Notes under the pieces: model-generated
The model's database searches: none
Told to the model about the DNA's origin: nothing
The model's input: the letters and a program-made list of their open reading frames with translations, nothing else
Part shown: positions 1 through 7,400 of the stretch, piece after piece
Layout: every line of letters starts with the position of its first letter
Position numbering within the stretch: the first letter of the stretch is position 1
Position numbers and translations under genes: made by a program
IMG/VR virus record: IMGVR_UViG_3300036715_000947
Span: 1 to 63,115 of that record
DNA: 63,115 bases
DNA from: a virus
Lineage: Duplodnaviria > Caudoviricetes
Reading direction: 5' to 3' (one strand)

Positions 1-295
1 AAGCCTCCCATGGGCCGGAGCATGGCCGGGAAGCCTCCCATGGGCCGGAGCGTGGCCGGGAAGCCTCCCATGGGCCGGAGCGTGGCCGGGAAGCCTCCCA
101 TGGGCCGGAGCGTGGCCGGGAAGCCTCCCATGGGCCGGAGCATGGCCGGGAAGCCTCCCATGGGCCGGAGCATGGCCGGGAAGCCTCCCATGGGCCGGAG
201 CATGGCCGGGAAGCCTCCCATGGGCCGGAGCGTGGCCGGGAAGCCTCCCATGGGCCGGAGCGTGGCCGGGAAGCCTCCCATGGGCCGGAGCGTGG
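1..295. repeat. 30-bp tandem array AAGCCTCCCATGGGCCGGAGC(A/G)TGGCCGGG, about 9.8 copies, continuous with the array at the right end
   Basis: Units read directly at 1, 31, 61 ... 271; the window ends in ...CGTGGCCGGG, which joins in register to base 1. Confidence 0.97.
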
Positions 296-326
296 GTAAT
301 TATTGCCTAACTAGCCATCTTGTACA

Positions 327-358
327 CACTACGGGCCGGGAATTCCCGGCCCGTAGTG
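327..358. terminator. 32-bp perfect palindrome CACTACGGGCCGGGAA|TTCCCGGCCCGTAGTG after the last leftward gene (terminator or binding site)
   Basis: Exact inverted repeat 15 nt past the stop of 374..583; no clear U-tract. Confidence 0.6.
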
Positions 359-373
359 CACGTGCTAGCTAGC

Positions 374-583
374 CTAGCGGTTGCGGAAGTACGCGTTGAG
401 ACCGAGTACCACCGGGTGGCCCTCGTACGTGGCGCCCGTTTCAATGTTGCCATGCGTCGAGGCAATGACGAGTGTTTTCCCGGTAGCGGACATGACCGGG
501 ACCGAGTTAATGGGCATATCGACGACGAGCCGCCCGTTCTTGATGGTGACGGAGATGGGAGCGGGAGCGGGAGTCTTGGCCAT
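374..583 (-). CDS. small hypothetical protein (SATGKTLVIASTHGN motif)
   Basis: 69 aa ORF, GAGG SD upstream, co-oriented with neighbours. Confidence 0.8.
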   Translation of the reverse strand: MAKTPAPAPISVTIKNGRLVVDMPINSVPVMSATGKTLVIASTHGNIETGATYEGHPVVLGLNAYFRNR

Positions 584-620
584 GACGTAACCTCATGCGG
601 TAGGTGGGAACGTGGAAGAA

Positions 621-649
621 TAGCGGGCCGGGACATTCCCGGCCCGCTA
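621..649. terminator. hairpin TAGCGGGCCGGGA-CAT-TCCCGGCCCGCTA
   Basis: 13-bp perfect stem just after the stop of 656..1345. Confidence 0.6.
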
Positions 650-655
650 GGTGAG

Positions 656-1345
656 CTATCGGCGGGCCGTCTTCTTGGCCTTGGCCTTGGCTTCGGGGGC
701 CGTCTTCTTGGCCTTGGCCTTGGCTTCGGGGGCCGTCTTCTTGGCCTTGGCTTCGGGGGCCGTCTTCTTGGCCTTGGCTTCGGGGGCCGTCTTCTTGGCC
801 TTGGCTTCGGGGGCCGTCTTCTTGGCCTTGGCTTCGGGGGCCGTCTTCTTGGCCTTGGCCTTGGCTTCGGGGGCCGTCTTCTTGGCCTTGGCTTCGCCGG
901 GATTCATGGTGAAACCGAGGTTGCGGAGGGTGACGAAAAATTCCCGATAATTGCGGAGGCCTTCACGCGTGAGCATCCTTTCCGGCACCTCGTCATAAAG
1001 GTCCGTGAGGTCCATGATCTCGCCGCGCGCGGAAGCGAGTACTGAGTCAAGGTGGGTCCGGAGATACTTCATATCTTCGCGCGTCATGGGAACGGGCGCG
1101 GGCTTGGGGGCCTTGGCGGGCTTGGGGGCCTTGGCGGGCTTGGGGGCCTTGGCGGGCTTGGCCGTGGGCTTGGCCGTGGGCTTGGCCGTGAGCTTGGCCG
1201 TGGGCTTGGCGGGCTTGGCCGTGGGCTTGGCCGTGGCCTTGGCGGGCTTGGCCGTGGGCTTGGCCGTGGCCTTGGCGGGCTTGGCCGTGGGCCTCACGGG
1301 TGGCGCGACGGGCTTGCGGTTCGCGGGAGCGGTGATCGTACGCAT
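656..1345 (-). CDS. histone H1-like Lys/Ala/Pro-rich DNA-binding protein
   Basis: AKPT/AKAPKP repeats at the N-terminus, (EAKAKKTAP)n at the C-terminus, short non-repetitive core; GGAGG SD. Confidence 0.8.
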   Translation of the reverse strand: MRTITAPANRKPVAPPVRPTAKPAKATAKPTAKPAKATAKPTAKPAKPTAKLTAKPTAKPTAKPAKAPKPAKAPKPAKAPKPAPVPMTREDMKYLRTHLDSVLASARGEIMDLTDLYDEVPERMLTREGLRNYREFFVTLRNLGFTMNPGEAKAKKTAPEAKAKAKKTAPEAKAKKTAPEAKAKKTAPEAKAKKTAPEAKAKKTAPEAKAKAKKTAPEAKAKAKKTARR

Positions 1346-1411
1346 GGGTAAACCTCCAATGCCCGAAGGATGCCGGGCGCATGGGGCCGGGAAGTCCGGC
1401 CCGGTGATGGA

Positions 1412-1807
1412 CTAGTGGACCGTGGCGCTATGGTGTACGCGTGGGACGTACGACATGCACGAATTCATGGGCCGCCCCGTTACGGCGGAGTGGAGATAGG
1501 CAAGGCGCGAAAATACGTGGTCCAATAGCTCGGACCACGGGGCACCGTACCGCGCGGGCCGCTCCTCGTCGGCGCGTTCCATGGCCTCACGGATCGCGAG
1601 TACCTCGTGCAATATGTCTTCGATGGATTCATCGGCACCGGGCAACTTGCGGGCTTCGTCGAGTGTGAATGCGAGGTCCGTCGCGTACGTGAGAACATGC
1701 GCGGGATCGCTATCTAGGGCCGAGTCTAAATCGGTCACGGTCGATACCGCAAGAGTTAATAGTGCCTCTAGTGTGTGCGCCATATTCGCGCCTCCCATCG
1801 GGTCCAT
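1412..1807 (-). CDS. hypothetical protein (start possibly the internal MAHTL after GGAGG)
   Basis: 131 aa ORF, first gene of the leftward operon. Confidence 0.7.
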   Translation of the reverse strand: MDPMGGANMAHTLEALLTLAVSTVTDLDSALDSDPAHVLTYATDLAFTLDEARKLPGADESIEDILHEVLAIREAMERADEERPARYGAPWSELLDHVFSRLAYLHSAVTGRPMNSCMSYVPRVHHSATVH

Positions 1808-1819
1808 CCCGTGGGTAAC

Positions 1820-1858
1820 AACATAGCCAATTTATACGCTAGCGCAAGGATTTTTTTA
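1820..1858 (-). promoter_or_regulatory. putative sigma70-type leftward promoter (TTGCGC-16 nt-TATGTT, upstream A-tract)
   Basis: AT-rich region directly upstream of the 1.8-0.37 kb operon. Confidence 0.4.
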
Positions 1859-1950
1859 ATGCGCTAATTAGTAACATAGCGGCATAGTATAGTATAGTAT
1901 GGTGCGGTATGTCTCTATGTCACTATATAGCTATCTAGCTAGAGTATAAA

Positions 1951-2178
1951 CCTACCGGCGAATCCTACCGGCGAATCCTACCGGCGCGATCAATGGAGCC
2001 CATCGGCGAATCCTACCGGCGAATCCTACCGGCGCGATCAATGGAGCCCATCGGCGAATCCTACCGGCGAATCCTACCGGCGAATCCTACCGGCGAATCC
2101 TACCGGCGAATCCTACCGGCGAATCCTACCGGCGAATCCTACCGGCGAATCCTACCGGCGAATCCTACCGGCGAATCC
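1951..2178. repeat. 13-bp tandem array CCTACCGGCGAAT (14 copies of CCTACCGGCG, two interrupted by CGATCAATGGAGCCCATCGGCGAAT)
   Basis: Read directly; flanked by an AT-rich tract at 1826-1950. Confidence 0.95.
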
Positions 2179-2181
2179 ATG

Positions 2182-2214
2182 AAAAATCCGGGCCAATACG
2201 TGGCCCGGATTTTT
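2182..2214. terminator. bidirectional intrinsic terminator ending the late/lysis transcript
   Basis: AAAAATCCGGGCCA-ATACG-TGGCCCGGATTTTT, about 27 nt after the stop of 2242..2859. Confidence 0.85.
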
Positions 2215-2241
2215 ACTTATGACTAACTAGTTATGCGGAGA

Positions 2242-2859
2242 TTATTTCAAAAGCAATTTCGTGACGACCCAAATCGTACCCACAGCGCCACCACCTTCTA
2301 GCCTGCCCTGCGTCCTGGCCTCCTTGACAGCACTCCTCCAGGCATCGGTCGCCGCCTGCTGTGCCAGTCTGGCCTTCTGCTCATGCTGGAACGCCTGGTA
2401 CATCTCCTGGTACTGGAGCGTCTTGTCAGAGAGCGCCACCTTGAGCGTGCCCACCTGTGAGGACAGATCCGCATTCGACACCTGTAGCGCCTCGATGACC
2501 TCTTTGTCTTTGGCGATCACGGCGTCGCGTGCGGCCACCTCATCGGCAGTGGCGGTGGAAGGCACGGGCTTAGCGGCGAGCTTGGCAAGTAACTCGTCAC
2601 GCTCACGAAGCAGGCGTGCGGCCTTGGCCTCAGAAGCCTTGGCCCTGTCCTCAGCAGCCTGTAGCTCCGCAACGTGATCGGGAATGGCCTGCGCTGCGGT
2701 GGCGTGGGAGTTGGCCGAGGCGTCCTCATTGTGCGATATGGTCTCCTGGCTTGACCCTTTGTGGGAATGATACGCGGCCATGCCCTTGACCACGCCCCAC
2801 CAGATCAGAAGACCCAGCACTGCCGCGCCGATGGCGTAGATAATCGTCTTACTGCCCAT
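2242..2859 (-). CDS. spanin-like (Rz-like) membrane-anchored coiled-coil protein
   Basis: N-terminal TM helix, long Ala-rich coiled coil, position after holin and endolysin. Confidence 0.65.
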   Translation of the reverse strand: MGSKTIIYAIGAAVLGLLIWWGVVKGMAAYHSHKGSSQETISHNEDASANSHATAAQAIPDHVAELQAAEDRAKASEAKAARLLRERDELLAKLAAKPVPSTATADEVAARDAVIAKDKEVIEALQVSNADLSSQVGTLKVALSDKTLQYQEMYQAFQHEQKARLAQQAATDAWRSAVKEARTQGRLEGGGAVGTIWVVTKLLLK

Positions 2860-3100
2860 CTTTGTCTCCTGTCTTGTTGATGGGACCTAGCTCTTCCATC
2901 ACTTTTCCCGCTCCGAAGGCCCACTTGGCGAAGTCGAGGAATTTTTCTGTGCCCTGCTGGCAGTAGGCGGCTACGTCAGGTCGAAGCACACCGACAATCC
3001 ACATGGACACAGCTATGATGAGCGCGATGAGTGAGGCAATGCGCGTGAATGACCAGTTTCCGCGCTTGTCCTTTAGCCAGCCTTCCGGTTGAGTGTTCAT
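2849..3100 (-). CDS. putative holin
   Basis: 83 aa with hydrophobic helices; ATGA overlap with the endolysin stop. Confidence 0.6.
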   Translation of the reverse strand: MNTQPEGWLKDKRGNWSFTRIASLIALIIAVSMWIVGVLRPDVAAYCQQGTEKFLDFAKWAFGAGKVMEELGPINKTGDKDGQ

Positions 3101-3537
3101 GCCGCATCCTTGATGGTGAGCCAAACTTCGTCATGGCTTTCCAGCGCCTTCTTGACCATGGCGAAAAGCTGTGGAAGCACGACAGAGCCACCGTGGATGC
3201 GCGTGTCAGAGTCAGTTACTTGGCCCACCCCGATGCAGCCCAGTGTATCTTCTGCTGTGTTAAGGCTGTGGATGCGAATGCCGGTAAACCCAGGAACATC
3301 GTTCACCAGCAGCATGTCCTTCTGGAACTTCGGACTGAAGGTTATGGTGATCTTGTAGCGGCCCGCCGGTATGGCAGTCTTCCCGTACACCTTCTTGCCT
3401 TCGTCTTCCGGTGTGGAGGGGTCGTCCACACGCACCTGGTCTTCGAGCGTGTAACAGAAGTGGGCGCCACTTTCCAGAAACAGGTCGCCTAGTGTGGTGT
3501 CGTCTTTGCTCGGCTTGCGTTGAAGTAAAAGTTCCAT
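3097..3537 (-). CDS. putative endolysin, DUF5675-like
   Basis: Motifs TLGDL..FCYTLED, TAIPAGRY, VPGFTGIRIH..N...DTLGCI; strong AGGAGG SD. Confidence 0.8.
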   Translation of the reverse strand: MELLLQRKPSKDDTTLGDLFLESGAHFCYTLEDQVRVDDPSTPEDEGKKVYGKTAIPAGRYKITITFSPKFQKDMLLVNDVPGFTGIRIHSLNTAEDTLGCIGVGQVTDSDTRIHGGSVVLPQLFAMVKKALESHDEVWLTIKDAA

Positions 3538-3574
3538 ATCAAACCTCCTGTGCGGCGCAGTGCCGCGACTTGCG

Positions 3575-4009
3575 TTATGATACCGCCGCGATCAAGGCAG
3601 CCTTGCCACCAAGTGCCTCTATCAATACCTGCGGCGTCCACCCTCGCGCCTCGTGGTCCAGGCCAAGGACCAGGGCCGCGAACTCGGCACACTCCCAGCC
3701 CGCATGGTCCCCAGGATCTCCTAGGCCCGCCAGGATCGCGTCCTTGGCGGAGTAGTGGTCCCCGAGGTGCTGGAGGACCATGGGCACGTCAACGGTTCGC
3801 CCGGTGTGGAAGACAGTGGGGGCGTCCTTCATGCGGTTGCGGAGGGCGTGGCAGGACACACCGCCGATGGCGCGGGCCTCAAGGACCAACGGCTCGCCAT
3901 CTACCACCCAGAGCACCCCGCAGTGGTCCCAGGCGCTACGGGTCCACCAGCGAATGACGGCGGCTACGGGGCCTCGCCCTCGGAACATGACTAGATCGCC
4001 GGTCTGCAT
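3575..4009 (-). CDS. permuted papain-like (YiiX/YebB-type NlpC/P60) enzyme
   Basis: GDLVMFRG...TRSAWDHCGV (His first) and ECAEFAA (Cys later). Confidence 0.75.
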   Translation of the reverse strand: MQTGDLVMFRGRGPVAAVIRWWTRSAWDHCGVLWVVDGEPLVLEARAIGGVSCHALRNRMKDAPTVFHTGRTVDVPMVLQHLGDHYSAKDAILAGLGDPGDHAGWECAEFAALVLGLDHEARGWTPQVLIEALGGKAALIAAVS

Positions 4010-4471
4010 CTAGGCCCCCATGCTCACGGCCTTGTCCGTCGCCACGATCCAGGCCCGCTGGCTCTCCCAGGTGGTGTCGGGGATCATCCCGGCCTTGGCG
4101 AGGTTGGCGCGGTAGATCGCCGCGTAGTTCTCGGCGGGCACGATGAGGGCCTGGAGCCCAGTGGCCGCGATCCCAGCCGAGGCCCAGGCGGCGATGGCAT
4201 CGGCCTCGGCGCAGGTCGGGTTGGCCTTGATGTAGTCCACACTCGCGGACTTTCCGGCGAACCGCTCCTGCCGAAGAAGCTGGTCCACACTGGAGAACTC
4301 TCCGATAGAGTCAAGCCCCTGGAGAGACGCCACAACGGGCACCTTTGTGTTGTAGTTCTCCACCTGGAGCTTGGCGATGGAGGCGGCGCACTGATCCACC
4401 AGAGCCTTGGCCTGGATAAGTGCAGCCTCCTTTCCGTTGAGAAGGGCGAGGGTTTGAAGGGCGTCAGCCAT
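4010..4471 (-). CDS. hypothetical protein downstream of the tail tip gene
   Basis: 153 aa ORF with GGAGGAG SD. Confidence 0.75.
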   Translation of the reverse strand: MADALQTLALLNGKEAALIQAKALVDQCAASIAKLQVENYNTKVPVVASLQGLDSIGEFSSVDQLLRQERFAGKSASVDYIKANPTCAEADAIAAWASAGIAATGLQALIVPAENYAAIYRANLAKAGMIPDTTWESQRAWIVATDKAVSMGA

Positions 4472-4486
4472 GGTAGGCTCCTCCAG

Positions 4487-7400
4487 CTATTGTGGCTTCA
4501 CATTGTGAGATACCACGCCAAGCGTGGTGTAAGTGTGGACGCGATTGACGGTGATCTTGACGACAGGCCCGTAAACGTCGGCCCGTGCGGACTCTACAAC
4601 TAGGCCGTTCGTCAGCACATCGCCGTGGACCAAGTGCTGTAGTTCTTGCCAGCGGCCATCGCCGAGTAGGAATCGGTGATTGGCAGCGAACCTGCCCGTG
4701 CGCCCGTTGGAAAGCACAAGCAGCCATCGGTGGTTTGTGCTCATGGATGCGTGTGTGACTTCCTCAACGCACACGCACCCTTCGGATTCGTCCCAGGCCA
4801 CAACACGGTCGCCAACGCGGACAACACCCGATGGCTTCTCGGTGCCGTCGGCCATGAGCAAAGGCACATCAGGAGCAGGACAGTTACCTCCACCACCCGT
4901 TCCGCCACCCGTTCCGCCACCCGATGCCCCCGTGATACCTGACGGCCAAGACGTGCCATTGTCCGTGAGCGCGGTGCCGACAGTCCACCCAGACGCGGAG
5001 TAGAAGCAATGGGTGTCGCTCGATCCCGCCGCGCCGTAGAGTGTGACCTTGCACGCCGGGACTCCTGACAGAATCGCCTCAGCGATAACCTGTGTGGCAT
5101 AGGACGCGTTCCCGGCATCTGAATCGCTCGTCGGGTTGTAGTAAATACGGTCCCCAAGCGGGCAGTAGTAGACGCCCCTTGCGGTCAGCGTGGCAGTTGT
5201 ACCAGCGGCGGACTGGCTGAACAACTCGATCTTGGCGTAGGAGAGCCCATCCAAATTATCCGTGTATGAATTTGGCGCCAGCTTGAGATCGATGCGCCCC
5301 ATGTAGGGGCTGGCTACCTGGTAGAGCCTTGGCGTAACGGTTAGCTGAGAAATGTTGGGGCGTCCGCCATTGGTGCCAGGGTCATTACTGCCCCGATAAA
5401 AGCACCGGAATGACGTTCCAGCCTGCCCGTTGTCGCCGATGGCGCTCATGGCACGGGCGGTCAGACCAGACAACTTATAGCCTGCGAGATTGACGCCGTA
5501 GCCTAGTTCCATTTGCGCGGTGAATGTTTCGCCGCCAAGTAAGGTTGAAGGAAAACCACCCGCGCTGATCCTGAAACCGATGGGCGCCGAGATGGCCGTG
5601 CCCGCATGGTATCCGTTCTCGTCCGAACCGCTCCGCATGTCCAGCGAGTAAAGCAACGGCACCCGCGCCACGAGTGCCTGGAGCGTGCCGTCCACAATCA
5701 TGGAGGCGTCGGCCATGCGGCGGGCGTATAGGTTGTCGAACCAGTACCACCCAGATGGCTGTGCATCGTTCACTTCGAGGTATATGACCATGAGCACCGC
5801 GCCCGCTGGCGCGGTGCCAATACATGAGGCTTTGGCATAAGAGGTTGAGCTAACTACAGTCGGCGAGCCCCAGCCAACTGTATTGTTTGCGGCGTCCCGG
5901 AAATAACAACCCATAGCCTGCATACCTGGGCCCTGAGACTTTGCCATGCACTCCATGTAATATTTGTCACCAGCAGCACAGGGGATGTGGGCCAAGTCTG
6001 TGCCGCTGTAAGTTCCGTTTGTGTGGTACACCGCGCGGGCGTAGTCCCCCGAGAAGGCGTTAGGCCCGGAGTGATCCAGCCACGCCGCTTCAAATGAGCC
6101 AGCAGGCCAGCCACCGGTAGGCGGAGTTTGATCGCTGGTCCCATTGGGGATCAGATTGTCGAGGTTCGTCACCGTCAATTGGCTAGAAATCAACTGCCCG
6201 AATAGCCCCGTTGCCGCCACCAGCACATCAGTCCACGCCGTGCCTGCCGCGTTGACCTGCACCGTGCGGGCGTCCGTGGTGATGGCGTAGTAGCCTGCGG
6301 GATAGCTCGCATTCGGCAGCGCGGGCTTCGACGCATAGGCCCACGCGACCTGATGCGGCTGTGAAGCGAGTTGCACGGCGTTTGCCTTGTTCGTGGCATC
6401 CGTCGCCGCCATGCTGATCGCGTTCTGCGCCGTGCCCACCGCGATGGCGTTCCGAAGATCGGCGGCGGCATTCTTCACGGCGGTCCACTTCGGGTTCCAC
6501 AGGGCCACGCGATTCCCGGTGCCGAGCGATGTGGTGCCGCTGAGTGAGTTCCAGGCCGTGGGGCTGGTGAGCGTGGAGAGGTAGGACATCAGCGCGGAAT
6601 AGGCCGTGTCATAGGTGGAGTGGCTCACGCTGTAGGCATTGGCCTTCGCCACGAGGTCCGCGTTCTCGCCCGTGATCGCGTTGTAGTCGAGGATGATCTG
6701 CGGCTTCTCGCCCGTGGTCAGGGTGTCGGGATCGTTGATCGTGTTGACGCCGGACTGTGCCGCATCCACGTCTGACTGTGACACGGTGCCAAACGCACCA
6801 ACGGATATCCAGTCAATGGCTACCGATGTTCCTAGATCATTGATGAAGTCGAATCGGAGGGCGAGAACATTCCCGCCGGTCATGTAGTCAGACCCGCCCA
6901 CAGTGAGTGTTCGCATGTCCGCGACGATGGTGGTCCAGACGCCTACGGTTGGGGCTGGAATCACTTTGCGGTAGCCAGAGTTCTCACCGTGACCGGCATT
7001 ACTTGGGTAGATGACACCTTCCCATGGGCCTGTAATGAGTTTGACCCGCATGGCGATTGCGTAGGATTTTGTTGGGTCCAGGTTCAGCCCAGTAAACCTT
7101 AGATTTTGGTCAGCAACCGTGTTGGTGATTGTCGTGGTCGTCCCATTGTCACTCGATGCGACGGTGCCTGGGAATGTGACACCGGCAGGAAGGCCACCGG
7201 AGAAATCTTTGAAGAGAATCGGCTTGATGGGTGAGCCAGCCAGATCGTTAGCCGCATCCGCAAGGGCCTTCGCCTTGGCATAGATCGCATTGAGAAGGGA
7301 CTGCCTGTTGGAATACACATCGGCGAACTTCTGCCGGAAGGTGGTTCCCACGATGGGCACGTCTGAGCCGGGGATGACGTTCCAGCCGGGTAGTGTTCCG

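Noticed and set aside
1-295. CRISPR array or coding ORF (10..372; also 62385..63096) in the terminal repeats
   Set aside because: Units are head-to-tail with no unique spacers; the ORFs are stop-free by-products of the repeat
327-358. Protelomerase (telRL) target
   Set aside because: No protelomerase or tyrosine recombinase gene recognised; the palindrome belongs to a family found after several genes
1951-2226. Mini-CRISPR or the 77-aa ORF 1993..2226
   Set aside because: The two intervening segments are identical, the repeat is only 13 bp, and the ORF is a translation of the repeat
2517-2729. Embedded o-spanin (Rz1)
   Set aside because: Pro-rich but has no hydrophobic signal peptide or lipobox
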